64,000 nt of DNA from Narcine bancroftii (taxonomy: Eukaryota), in contig NC_091472.1 in assembly GCF_036971445.1 (NCBI RefSeq), positions 241,428,001 to 241,492,000 of the forward strand, read 5' to 3'. The notes under the pieces are model-generated. The model made no database searches and had not been told where the DNA came from. It saw only the letters and a program-made list of their open reading frames with translations. Of this stretch, positions 37,651 through 51,150 are shown piece after piece. Position 1 is the first letter of the stretch. Each line of letters opens with the position of its first letter. Both the position numbers and the translations under genes were made by a program.

Positions 37651-39379
37651 TTTCCAGCCTGTCTGCTGGTAAATTTTCATTAGGACCTCCTGAGTTTGTG
37701 CATTCAGAGAATGAAATGTGTTATTGTTCATCCTGAGATAACTACGCAAGTTGAAGATGCTGTTAAAAGAGAATAGTGTCTATTTAGGACCCTGTTTGAC
37801 TGCTGTTTCATGGCATTCCTTATTGACATGCTTGTTCTAAAATAAAATGTTTTGTGCAACTGAGACAGGTGGTCTGTGCCTTATGGGTCACCCATTCTCC
37901 TTTGAAGTTCCCCAGCACCTGTAGGTTTCTATTATAGGCATACTGAATGGCTGTAAGAAGAAACCACTCATCAGAGGTTTTGTCATTGAAAGCAGAATTC
38001 CTGGTGCTGAATCCAAAACCTTGGTAACACATTTCCTCTGAACCTTTTACCCTGCTCTCAGCAAGTTTTTTGTTAGGCAGCTATTTTGATATTCAGAGAA
38101 TCTAGGTTTTGTGGCAATCATGGCTTAAATCATAGGTGCTTTTGGTAAACTGCAGATCATCTTTCAGCCCTGTGCACATGGTCCTTGACTTTCAGTTTCC
38201 TAGTCAAACTCCTTCCATTAGATGTCTGGTAAGGTCCTCATTTACTTGCTCTATGAAAGTTAAACTGAAGATGGCTCAGCACATCTCAAAAGCCAAGTAC
38301 TAAAAAATGCACAAGTACATGTAATATCAAACTTTTTGAAATGTAAAATATTTTCAGGAAATTACAACAATCAACTTGAACAATTTAGTTCCTGGACCAG
38401 GACATTTATTAAGCAGAAATTGTGGTTAATTGCTATTTTGATCATTCTCCTTCATATCTGGCAATTGGTTATGATGAAGACTGCAGTAAAGCAATGCAGT
38501 CTGTGGAAGAACATTGAATCTGGGACTTCTTTGCTGAACTACATGTGCACAAAATCTCACTAACTGATAGCTGTAATGGCACAAATGTAGCAAATGGAGG
38601 TTGTGATAACACAGCTGCAAATCTCAGGTTGATGTTTCTGGTTCAACATGCTTTCCCTGCATCAATCAGCTTTCTGTTCATAAACTGCATTAAACATGAA
38701 AGCAAAGTGGTCGCTCCTGTGATTTGTTGTTGGGTTCCAAAATTACTTCAGTCACTAACTGCTCTATGGCCTGTAACAGACTTTTTAAAAAAATTGGTTA
38801 GTGTTTACATTTAAGAAATAATGATTTTGAATTGGCATAAAAACTTGAATCAATCTATACTTTCTATTGATCAAAGGTTTACAAGGAAATTTAAGACACT
38901 ACACCCAGTTACGTAATACAAAAAGCAATTATCTGCATGAGCTCACACCAATGCAAAAGAAACTGGTAAACTAGTTTTCTGTAATGAATAAATTGCTTAG
39001 TTTTCATTTTACTCACCAGTCTTCATTTATATCCATTTTAGATTAATTTAATATTTGCCCTCTTCATTAAAGTCAGGTTTTTTTGTGTGCTGATCTCTGT
39101 TGGACACCTCTGTGGGCAACAGAAATTATGGGTGATGATTGGTCATAAGGGTCTAATTTTTCTATTCACTACTACTGCCCTGGTTTAACATGTTTACATT
39201 GGCTTCCTGGTATGTGGTAAACCACATAGTTCACTTGTATAATGAGCCAACAAGAGAGCTCCTTATCAATTTTGTTTGACTGCACATAATTTTGATAGTA
39301 ATTAGGACTTTGTGGGAAAAAAAATTCTATATGATAGTATCCACTCATTTTAAAATCACTGATATTTTGATGCAACTAA

Positions 39380-39541
<162 letters not shown>

Positions 39542-39669
39542 TAAGTACAAGTTAGAAGGCTTTTGCATCTTCTCACTGAGAAGAATACAGAGCCAGTTCA
39601 AAAGAAAGTGGTCAATTTGATAAAAATTTAAAGTAAAGAGCAAATGTTGCTCTTAGTGTTTTGGACTGC

Positions 39670-40240
39670 ACAATTGGGGCCAGTATATTTGAAATTTGCT
39701 GATGAAACTAAATTGAGTGGAAAAGCAGATAAAGGGGATAATCTGCAAAGAGATGTGGGTAGATTGAGTGGGCAAGAGTCTGGTAAATGTAAGATGATTC
39801 ACTTTGGAAGAAAAAAAATGGATCAGATTATTTAATAGTGAAAAATTTCAGTGTGCGATTATGGAGAGGAACTTGGGGATGCTTATGCATGAATCAGAAA
39901 AGAATGGTTTGCAGGTGCAACAGGTAATCAAGAAGGCAAATGGGACTTTGATCTTCATTGCTAAAGAACTGGAATTGTACATGGTCATGGTGAGGCAGAG
40001 AAGAGAGGAACTATTTTCTCAGGATATTGAATTTGTGGAATTCTCTACCCAAGGATGATGTAGAGGCTACCTCATTAAATGTATTTGAGACATGGATAGA
40101 TAAGTTTTTTGCATTGTCGGTGAGTTGAGGGGTTATTGGGGGAAAAGGTGGGTAAATGGAGCTGAGTCAATGGAAGATTAAATGGCAGTGCAGGTTCTGC
40201 AAGCCATATTGCCTACTCTTGCTCATATTTCTTGTGCTCT
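39670..40240 (+). mobile_element. Decayed CR1 fragment
   Basis: KFADETKL, KCKMIHFG, QVQQVIKKANG. Confidence 0.7.
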
Positions 40241-40491
40241 CTCCTGGGTTGAGTAATGTGGTTATCTTTGTACAGAAGAATTTCCGGTTAAATGTATTAA
40301 TTAGAATTGTGTGTTGTGGTTCTTGAAAATAATTGCACTAAAATTATTGATTTTTTTTCCCCCCTGTGTATGTGGAAGTTGCTTTCTAAATGTAGACTGT
40401 CTCACGTGTATTGAAGATCATTTGATGAGCTTTGGAAGAAGAGTGCAAATAATTTCATGTCAAAATTTTGACTGCAAACAACAATGAATAA

Positions 40492-40683
<192 letters not shown>

Positions 40684-41718
40684 TAAGATGCTTTAAAAAA
40701 AAGTTCTTCCTTCATTTTAATTTTAAAAAAGCAATAACTTAAAATTTGTTTTCCTGATCAGAAGAAATATTTATCCATTTTCCTTTTGCCTCACATTAAA
40801 AGAGGGGCTAGGAACTGCAATGTTGCTTGACTGGCTGAATTTTCAAATAACATCTCCCTTCTGTAAATAATTACAGGATTTCTCACTGTTCCATTTTGTT
40901 TTATTCATGGGACAAGGACATCCCCAACTTCCCTTCTACTGAATAATTTGCTGAACAATTTTAGAGGCCCAGGTTTGTGGGTCTTGAGACACATGGGTGG
41001 GATTGAATAAGCAGATAAGCTTTTGCAATATTAAAATAGATGTGTAATTCCCATTAGCGGTATCAATATTTTGTTCCAAATGTATTCTACTTCCTTCTAA
41101 AGCTACTAGTTAATACTTTATAAGCATCATGCTTCCCTTCCCGTTACAGCTTCCCCAATTTAATTCTATATCCCTTTGAGTTCTGCTCACACAAGTACCT
41201 GTAAAGATGTAGAAATGTTGTTACTGTTTCCACCTCCACCTTCTCCTCCTCCTGATAAAATCGTTCTGGATACCAACTACTTGTGTGGAAAAACTTGCCT
41301 TTAATCTCCCTCTTTCCCACCCCTCCCCTTTAACCACTGTCTTCTAGTTTTAGACACCTACCTTGAGAAACAGATGCTGGCCATCTATCTCTGCCTCACT
41401 AGCACATCACATCTCAGCTTCCTTTAATCCAAGGAAAACAGACCCAGCCTATATAGTCTCTCCTGATGTCTCAAGCGATCTCATCCAGGCCACATCCTCA
41501 GCAATCATTTCTCCCACCTCTTAAACTTCATCATGTCCTTCCAATAATGACCAGAACTGTGCATAATACTCCATGGGCAGCCTAAACAATAGCTATACAA
41601 CTGTAATATGACATCAGAATGTTTGCACTTGATGTCCCAGCTGATTGAAGCCAGCCAGGCATGCCATACTCCTTCACCATCTTGTTTTCTTCTGTTGTTT
41701 CTACAAAGGAACGATAGA

Positions 41719-42997
41719 TAGTACAACTCTGCTTATCCAAAATGGATGATTGAATTTTGAATGATTGAATTTTTTTGGATAACTGGTCATTTTCAAATTT
41801 AAAAAAAAAAACAGCACAGAAACAATAGCAAATCACTTGTTGTTTGGTTGCTTAAACATTAATTCAAGGGAAGACTTTTTAAGCATTAAAAAAAATGCTG
41901 ACCGCGGTCATCCCCGACACTTTACCAGCCCCGTCACTGATCACGGGGACCTCCTAACCACTGCTGCCAATCCCTGACACGTCCCCACCACTGCTACTGA
42001 TCCCCGGGGAGGCTTCCCAGGCTGGTGGAACACCCACTGGCAAGTCGGTGAGCTGCTGTCTCCCCATGGGCTCGTTCTGGCAGGGACCGCTCCGGCTTCA
42101 CGTCCTGGTTCTCTATCTTGGAGCCCAACACAGATCCATTCTTTGCCTACGCACACTCCCCCTCCCAACATCTGCTGACAATCACTGTCACCTCCCCACC
42201 AAGGTCCTGGTTCTGCCTGGGAGCCCAAGCAGGGCCATAGCTTAAGGAGGAGAAGGGAGCAGGAGGAATGATCGCACCACTGCATTTTCAGCCCGGCAAC
42301 ACCCATGGCCCTCCCGCTCTGCATATTTTTAAACTGTGAGACCAGCGCACCTGACGCCCAACTCCAAGCCCTTCCCTTGGCCTACACCAGCGCTCCCGGT
42401 GTCCATCTGGTTTGCGTGTGCAGTAGGCTGAGGGAAAGGTTCCCCGGTGACTGAAGCTCCCGACACTGAACTCTCCCTTCAGCCTATTGCATATGCACAC
42501 CAGGGAGTCCAGTATGCATGTGTGGTAGTAGGCCGAGGGAAGGAGTTGGTGTTGGGAGCTCCAGTGTGCCATGGAAGAAGGGGAGGAGGAAGGGGAAGGA
42601 AAAGGAGGAGGGGAGAGAATGCCACTGAGCCCAAGGTCCCAATCCTACCTGGGATTGCTCTCCTAAACAATCATTTGTGTCTGAAAGACAGTAGCACACA
42701 GTTTGAGAGGGAGAGTTGGAGAGAAAAGTCAATAGGGGTGTAGGTAAAGGAGAAATGGAAAGAGGGGAGGGAGTCACCTGAAACGAGGAGAATTGTCGTT
42801 CTAATTTCACGTCGGGTGAATTTTTTTCAACCTATGAGGTCAGTTCGGCTCTGAAAATATTTGGGATAAATGGGGATTTCTGAATGTTTTGGATATCCTC
42901 ATTTATCCAAAAAAATTTTTGGAGGCAAACAAATGTCACTTCCGGGTCCAGAAATATTGTGGATAAATGAGGATTTTGGATAATCAGAGTTGTTCTG
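41719..42997. mobile_element. Tc1/mariner (Tigger-like) non-autonomous element with a GC-rich interior, inserted in a minus-strand CR1 remnant
   Basis: 25-bp TIRs tagtacaactctgcttatccaaaat / cagaacaactctgattatccaaaat (22/25 match); TA on the right flank. Confidence 0.7.
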
Positions 42998-43104
42998 TAA
43001 TTGTAGCCCCCCCAGGACTTTCTTTTCAACATCGCTGCTGGCCTCTACCTTTTACTGTTCATGTCTTGCCCTGGTTTAACTGCTCAAAGGACATCATTTT
43101 GCAC

Positions 43105-43342
43105 TTTAAATGTTTCTAAAGATACAGCATGATAACAAGCCCTTCTGACTGCGAGCCGCTGCTGTCCAATTATATCCATGTGACCAATTATCCTACTAAC
43201 CCCGTACATCTTTGAAACATGGGAGGAATCTGGAGCACCCAGAGGAAACACGCACAGTTGTGGGGAGAGCATACAAACTCCTTGCAAACAGTGGCGGATT
43301 TAAACTTGGGTTGCTACCAATGTAGTGCAAACTGCTGTGCCA
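43105..43342 (-). mobile_element. tRNA-derived SINE
   Basis: ggggagagcatacaaactccttgcaaacagtggcggatttaaac shared with the other SINE copies. Confidence 0.7.
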
Positions 43343-44311
43343 TCTATAAACTTGTCCAACTTAATTTTCATCTCTCAGTTGGTCACTATCCTATTGTAAA
43401 TTTCAACCTTCACTGTCCACTACACTAATTTTGGTCTTTTCTGCAAACTTGCTAATCATACTACCTGTAGTCTCATCTAAACGGGGCGCCGAGCACTAAT
43501 TCCTGCAACATACCACTGAATACAAGCCTCCAGTTGAGAAAAACAGCCCTCCACTACCATCCTCTACCTTGGCAACTGTAACAAAATTGACTGTAGTACA
43601 AGCTTAACCTGGATCCTATGTATTCTAACTTTCTGGACAAGCCAACCATGTGGTGCCTTATAAATATAAACAACATGCCCTCATCGAAAGTCTTGGTCAC
43701 ATTTTCATAAGAAAAACTCAAATTCGAGAGATGTGATTTCCCACATGCAAAACCATGCTGACAATCCCTCATTAATCCTTGCTTTTCTAAATGGTAATAA
43801 ATTGGATCTTTCTGAATCCCTGCCAGAAATTGGTACTGTCGATGTTATGCTCTTCAGCCTATTGTTTCTTGGCTTATCTCTGCTGACTTTCATTAACTAT
43901 ACTCTAATAACTCGCCTCTGGTTAAAGAAGATACAGAAATCCGTAACAATGAGGCCGTAACAATCTCTTCTCTGGCTTCCCTTCACATCCTAGGATACAT
44001 CTGGTCAGGTTCTGGCCCTGAACTCTTCCTATCTCACTGTTGAAAGGCTCGCACATGTTGACATCCCTTTACAAACTAACTGCTGCTCCCAAGCAACTTG
44101 TTCTTATCACTGCACTGCAGATGGAACTGGATTGGAAGGCTAAAATACATAGAACATTATAGAACAGTGACATTACCAGAGTGCAGTGAAATTGAGACTC
44201 TGATTCAAAAGGGGAACACAAGAAAGTTTGCATCTCTAATGTATTCCTTACTTCAGTTGGGATTTCCCAAGCAGGCGTTATATAAATCAAAACCAAGATG
44301 GGAATCAGACT

Positions 44312-47300
44312 TGTGCAGCACTGCTAAAGGCAGAGCTGCTGAAATAAATACTGTCCACACCAAGGAGGTAAACCAGTAACTGCCGTTTATTCAAACCATA
44401 CGCGTTCCTTTTCAGGGGAGGTGACAAGCTCAGGGGAGTGATGCCATAATGCTACTGAGCGGCCTTGTCATTCTCCTACAATGGCCTCCTGCAGCCTGGA
44501 ACTTCTGTGCAGTGGCGGGAAAGCCCCTGTGCTGTGCTGGCTATTCGTTATGGCAATTTGGCCTGTCATGTGCGGGGTTGACCCAGCCTGCTACACCAGA
44601 ATCACAGTCTCTTTGGGTGAGGTTTGGGAGATTGTCTTTGGGCGGGCACCCTCAGTGCTGTAGTATAGGGGCAGGGAAAAGCTCTGGACAGTCCAAGTGG
44701 GCTTTCTTGAATTGGTCGACTGTAAACCTTTTGTCCCTGCCTCCAATGTCTAGAGTATATACAACCCCCTCCCTTCAAAGGGCCTTTGTAAGGGCACTGC
44801 ACAGGGATACCTGGTTTTGCCTGTCTTACAAAGACGCGGCTTTGAGTTCTTGTGGAACGTGGCTGGTTAGCATCCCATGGGTGGTGATTGGATGTGGATA
44901 GGCGGTGTGGTTCCCCAGCCGCTGTAGGACATCCAGGGTATCAGTTGGTGGTTCCATGGAGCTGAAATGGAAGTTGCCTGGGATGGAAAGTGGTGCGCCG
45001 TAGACCATTTCCGCCGATGAGGTGGGGAGGCCTTCTTTAGGTACTGTGCGGATGTCCAACACGATCACAGGGAGTTCATCCATCCAATTGGGCCCATGCA
45101 GCCGTGATTTGAGGGCTGCTTTTAGATGGGGGTGAAAGCGCTCTACCAGCCCTTTGGATTGGAGATGATGGGGAATGTGGTATGCCTGGCTGCCGCAGAA
45201 TCTGGCCATGGTCGCCTAGAGGGAAGAGGTAAACTGGACTCCCTGGTCTGAAGTTATGTGGGAAGGGACACAAAAATGGGTGACCCACTGTGAGGTAAAG
45301 GCCCTCGTGGCCAGCATGTAAAGTGGTTGACCATGGTGAGAGTGTACCTCATCCCCTGGCTGATGGGTAGGGGCCTTACAATGTGCATGTGGTCGAACCT
45401 GTCCACTGTGGGCGGGAAATGTTGCACTGGGCCTTTTGTGTGCCAATGGTCTTTGGCTCACTGGCATTGTACACAGGTTTTTGCCCAAAGTTAAACTTTG
45501 CACCGAAGCCCTTGCCAAACGAACCTGTCCAAAATGAGGCAGACTGTTAACCAGATGGAAGGATGAGAGAGCCCATGCACTTGATTTGAATGCACCCGCT
45601 GTCTCCAGGTTGCAGGCAGGATTGGCCTGGGGCGGCCTGTCGACATATTGCACAGGAGTGTTGGGCCTCCTGGGACTGGCGTGAACTCAACTTGTAGGCT
45701 GGTGATGGCAGTGCAGTATGCCTGTGTGTCAGCATCTTCAGCCTGGTCCCTGGTGAGCTGAGCTGTGTTGAACCACCTGTCACCTCTGAGATTGTTGACC
45801 TGGACAGTGCATCAATGACCACATTGGACTTCCCTGCTTAATGGGGGATGTCCGTTGTATATTTGGAGATGTACGAATGGTGCTGTTGTTGCCTCACCGA
45901 CTAGGGGACCAAGACTTTGCCAGCGCTTCCACCAGTGGCTTGTGGTCCGTTTAGGCTGTGAACACTCGGCCTTCGAGGATGTTCCAGAAATGCCGTATGG
46001 CCAGATACATTGTCAGCAGTTTGCAAACAAAAGTGCTGTACTTTAGTTCGGGTGATCGGAGGTATTTGCTGAAGAAAGTGAGTGGCCACCACTGGTGATC
46101 CACCCACTGTTGCAGCACTGCACCCACTGCTTGGTCTGTGGCATCTGCCATTAATGACAGGGTAAGTCTGGATCCAAGTGTGCTAGGAAAGTGGCTTTGG
46201 AGAATGCTGTTTTGGTCTCCTCAAATGCCTGGAGTGCCTCCGCAGACCAGCTGGGCTTGATACCTGCCTTAATGAGATTGAAGAGAGGCTGCATGGTGGC
46301 TGCTGTTCCTGGGAGGAAGCGATGATAGAAATACACTATCCCAAGGAATTCCTGCAGGCTTTTGAGGGTTTTGGGCCTGGGAAAGTTCCAAATAGTCTTG
46401 ACCTCGTCAGGTAAAGGTGTTGCTCATTTGCTGGAGATGCGGTGCCCAAGGAAACCGATGGTGGACAAACTGAACTGGCACTTGGACGGGTTGATGTTTA
46501 GCCAGAAAGTCTGCAGCCGGGCATTTTAAATAATCTTTTGTGGGTTCTGGCATCTGGGCTGGCCATGAGGATGTTGTCCATGTACACAAAAATCCCCTCC
46601 TGGTCTCTTGCTTCTATGTCCATGAAGTGCTGAATGTTTGGGCTGCCTTTTTCAGCCCAAAAGGCATTTTCAGGAACTCAGGCCAAACGGGGTGATTATG
46701 GCCGTCTTCTGGATGTCGTCCTGGTGCACTGAGGTCTAGAGGTAGCCGTTCACCAGATCGACTTTGGGAAAAAAAATCTGGGCACCTTGGAGTTGTGTGG
46801 CAAAGTCCTGTATGTGCGGGATGGGGTAACTGTCCGATATTGTTGAATCATTGAGCCTGCGGTAGTCTCCGCAGGGGCACCAGCTGCCAGAATTCTTTGG
46901 GACCATGTGTAGTGGCGAAGCCCATGGGCTGTTGGAAACATGGATGATTTCCAATTCCTCCATTGTGGCAAACTCGACCTTGGCTCGCTCTACCAGCATG
47001 TACACAGATGGTCTGATGATCTCAATGTGGTGGTGCACACCATATGTTGGTTCTGCATCGTGGAAGTTGGGGGCCAGTAGAGCGAGGAAGTCAGCGAACA
47101 GTGCGGTGTACTCGCTTTGTTCAAGAGTGTGGACTCCCAAAGACCAAAAAATGCATTGGCGCATTGTTAGGGGGAAAACCTGGAAGGTGGTGGCATTAAC
47201 CAGCTGGTATCGGTTGAGGTCTACCAGGAGTTCGTTTGCCCAGGGGAAATCAGCTCCTAGGAGGGCCTGGCTACTGAGTCCCACCTGAAAACAGCATTCC

Positions 47301-47880
47301 TGTCGTGAATGGTCATGCAATGTGTCTCATAGGTGGGAGTGGTTGAACCATTGGCAGCTTGTAGGGGTAGGCTGCTGGTATTGTTCTTTCGTTTAAAGAA
47401 CATAGGTGAAAGTAGGCTGATTTCTGTGCTGATATCTATCAGGAATTATCGTTGGGCCTTCCAGTTGCAAAGGTAAAGCAGGCCTTTTCTGGTGGCAACC
47501 GCCGAGGCCACTAATGGCGACTGGCTTGCTCATTTCCCTGCATTGGACTTGGTTTGCTGTTTGAAAAGGTGCAAGGCGGTACACACCATTGGGCATTGCA
47601 GCCCCACCAACGGTAGTAGTAGCAGTACCTTGCTGTTTCGCTGCTGTGTCGCCACGTGGCTGGACTGCTGCGATGGAGTGGCCAAGGTTTTACTGTTGCT
47701 CCCACAGTAAATGGGCTGCACGTGGATGGAGTCAGGTTGCAGAGTGTGGAAGAGCTGGTCTGCTTCTCTTGCCATGAGGTGTGGTTCAGCAAAGTCTATG
47801 TCTGAGATGGCAGTGGCAATGTGGACTGGCAACTTGGAAAGGAACAGGGCCTCAACAGGAAGCACCTTGTGTGTCCATCT
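44312..47880 (-). mobile_element. Degenerate Ty3/Gypsy LTR retrotransposon (gag end, RT, RNase H, integrase, probable 3' LTR ~44312-44480)
   Basis: SPWASPLHMVPKNSGSWCPCGDYRRLN (RT), DATDQAVGAVLQQ (RNase H), ITSDQGVQFTS and GLVERFH..LKAAL (integrase) in RT-RH-IN order; many frameshifts. Confidence 0.9.
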
Positions 47881-48353
47881 GCAAGGGCCATCTGAACAGC
47901 AATTTAAAGGGCCACTTCTGCTTCTTCAGGCACAAAAATAGAGGGTTATATGGTAGGAAGGGTTTCTTTTGGTAGAATATATGGCTTGGCATGACATCGA
48001 GGGCTGATGAGCCAGTACTGTGCTATAATTTTAATTTTGTGATCAAACTTATATCTAGAATTAACAGTTACCTAAGTACATAAATTGAAATGAAAAAAAA
48101 TCAATGATACAGGTTGTCCATATTTCAAAAAAGACCCCCCCCCACCCCCCACAAACAAAACCACAAGATAGAAACAGAAAAGGATAAAATAGATTTAAAA
48201 AATAAACAGAAAAGCAGGAGAAGAAGAAAGAGGAACTGTCAGGATCCAGGATCCTCTTCAGAGAATCTGATTCCTCGATGTTATGCCGAGCCATATATTC
48301 TACCAAAAGAAACCCTTCTTACCACATAACCCTCTATTTTTGTGCCTGTCAAA

Positions 48354-48717
48354 AGGCTTTTTCAGGTGCATTCTACGCTAAGAATGCACCTGAAGAAGCA
48401 GAAGTGGCCCTTTAAATTGCCGTTCAGGTGGCAGTGTTTAAAGCGCAATGCTGGCCACCTGAAGGACACAGCTGCACAGGATGCGGCTCTCAGCCCATTC
48501 CAGCTCCTGTCCAGTCTCAGCTGTGATCATCTGCTTTCAGCCAGCTGCATTCAGGTGACTGGGGGAGCCACTGAGCTGAACTGATTATCCCTCTTGGAGG
48601 AGGGGTTACGTAGCTTGCCTCGAGCGCCTCCTGCACATTCAGGTGGCCTCAAAACAGCCGCATATTGCCTTAACATGCGGCTTTACATGTGGGGCAATTG
48701 GCCACCTGAAAGTGCCT
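48354..48717. mobile_element. PIF/Harbinger-like MITE inserted in a CR1 3' end
   Basis: TIRs AGGCTTTTTCAGGTG / AGGCACTTTCAGGTG; flanks AAA and TAA. An uninterrupted equivalent site, gtctaagagtctc, is seen near 35511. Confidence 0.65.
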
Positions 48718-49355
48718 TAAGAGTCTCTTAAATGCCCTATTGTTTAATCCTCCACCACCATCCCTGGCAAGGTATTCCAGCGCCCATAACTGTTTTTTTA
48801 ATTGTCCCTGATGTCTCCCCTAAAGTTTTCTCCCTTCACTCTGTAGTGGCCTAGAAAAAGGCTTTGGCTGTCAATCTTGTAAATGCCTCTCAGAATCTTG
48901 TAGACCTCTAAGTCTCCTCTCAACCTTCTACACTCCAAAGAGAAAAATCCCAACTATGATAACCTTGCCTCATAAGACATTTTGCAATCCAGGCAACATC
49001 CAGGTAAATCTCCTCGGCACCCTCTCCATAGCTTCCACATCCTTCCTATAATGATGTGACCAGATCTGGACACAATTCTCAAGTGTGGTCTCACCAGAGA
49101 TTTGTGGAGGTGGCACATGACCTCTTGACTCTAGAACTAATCCCCCTATTAATGAAGTCCCTGCATCCCATAGGCCTTCTTAACCTATCAACCTGTGTGG
49201 AAATGTATAGATTTGGACCCCAAGGTCCCTCTGTTTCTCCACACTGTGAAGCCTGTACTCAGCCTTCTGATTTAACTTTCCAAAAATACATCGCCTCGCA
49301 CTCATCCAGGTTGAGCCCCTTCTGCACTTTTCTGCCCAACTCTACATCCTGTCTA
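48718..49355 (-). mobile_element. Decayed CR1 3' region
   Basis: Typical CR1 antisense sequence (caggtaaatctcctcggcaccctctccatagcttccacatccttcctata). Confidence 0.7.
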
Positions 49356-49357
49356 TA

Positions 49358-49585
49358 CCAGAAGTCATAATAGCCTGAAATTGTCTGATCTCTGAAGCTA
49401 AGCAGGCTCAGGCCTTGTTAGTACTTGGAAGGGAGACTGCCTAGGAACACCAGTTGCTTTTGGTTTCTGTGAGGGGTGCTGGACAAGTGTTGACTCTGTT
49501 TGCCTTACTGTAGTCAAAAGTTAAAGAATTTCTTGATTGTTACATTCCAAAAATGTAGTATTATGTGTCCTTTATCTTTAACCTT
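49358..49585 (+). mobile_element. 5S rRNA-derived insert (pseudogene or SINE3-like)
   Basis: gtctgatctctgaagctaagcaggctcaggccttgttagtacttggaagggagactgcctaggaacaccagttgct (49383-49458) aligns by eye to vertebrate 5S rRNA; followed by a non-5S tail. Confidence 0.8.
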
Positions 49586-49619
49586 TTATAACCTGTTTTC
49601 AGCACTATCCACATGGTAG

Positions 49620-51150
49620 ATCAAGTCAAGCCACGTTTATTTGTTGTTCATTCCATAGCACTACACCATTGCAGTGTTCGGTGAATACGAGATATCATTT
49701 CTACGGACCGTGGAGCTGATCATTTACATAGTTAAATTACATCAGAAACTTTTTTTATAAATAATATATCACTTATAAATATCATTACATATGCTGGCCC
49801 TGCGTCCCTGGAGTTCAGAAGCCTCATGGCTTGGGGAAAAACTGTTGTCCAATCTGGTCGTAAGGGCCTGAACACTTCTGAATCTCTTCCTGGATGGCAG
49901 GAGGGAGAATAGATTTCTGGAGGGGTGTGTGGAGTCTTTCACAATATTTATGGTTTTCCGCAAACAGCCGTTATAAATGTCTATAATGGCAGGGAAAGAG
50001 ACCCCAATAATCCCCTCAGCTGACTTTACTATCTGATGCAGGGGATTTGTGTGTGGTGCTGTTCCCAAATCAGGCAGTGATGCAGTTACATAAGATGCTC
50101 TCAATGCATCCCCTGTAGAATTTAGTGAGGATAGAGGGTGGAAGCTGGACTTTCCTCAACCTCCGCAGGAAGTAAGGGCATTGTTGGGCCTTCTTGGCAA
50201 TGGATCTGGTGTTGGGGGACCAGGAGAGATTCTTTGACAGGTGCACGCCAAGGAATTTGGTGCTCTTGACTATCTTGACAGATGGTCAGTGGAGAGTGAT
50301 CCTAGCTCTCCTAAAATCATCTACCATGTCCTTTGCTGACATTTATGTTTAGGTTGTTGTCTGCATCAATCTGTTAGTATTTGGACCTCCTGTCTGGAAG
50401 CTGACTCATTGTTCTTGCTTATGAGCCCCACCATGGTTGTGTCGTCAGCGAACTTGATGATGTGATTAGAACTGAATCTTACTGAACAGTTATGGGTCAG
50501 GAGTGTAAACAGCAGTAGGTTAAGCACGCAGCCCTGGAAGGGGGGTGGGGGCCATACTCAGTGTGATGGTGTTGGACATGCTGTTTCCGATCCAGACTGA
50601 CTGAGGCCTTCCAGTCAGGAAGATGAGGGTTCAGTTACAGAAGGTGTTTAAGCCCAACAGGTTCAACTTCCTAATCAGGTGCTGTGGTATGATTGTGTTG
50701 AATGCTGAGCTGAGGTCAATAAACAACATTTGAACATAAGAGTCTTTATTTTCCAGGTGGGGTTAGGGCTAGGTGAAGCGTGGTGGCAATTGTATCATCT
50801 GTAAATTGGTTGGGATGGTACACAAACTGTAGGGGGCCCAATGTCGGGGCAGCTGAGTCTTGATGTGCTCCATGACTAGCCTCTTGAAGCACTTCATGGC
50901 AGCAGATGTGAGTGCAATAGGACGGTAGTTATTGAGACAGAACATTTAGGGCTTTTGCACAGGGATAATAGTGGCCACCTTGAAGTACATTGATACAATG
51001 GTGCTGCTCGGAAATATCGAAGATATCTGTGAGGACGTCAGCTAGTTGGTCTGCACATCCTTTGAGCACCGTCAGTGATTTTATCTGTTCTGAAGGCAGA
51101 TTTACGGTTCTTCAACATCACACGCATCTGCAGTCATCCATGGGTTATGG
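49620..51150 (-). mobile_element. Decayed Rex/Babar LINE
   Basis: VKSAEGIIG...IVKDSTHPSRNLFSLLPSRKRFRS...TTRLDNSF; KFADDTT remnant near 50440. Confidence 0.8.

Noticed and set aside
49362-49458. Functional 5S rRNA gene
   Set aside because: The 5' part is deleted or diverged, there are many substitutions, and it is not in a tandem array.
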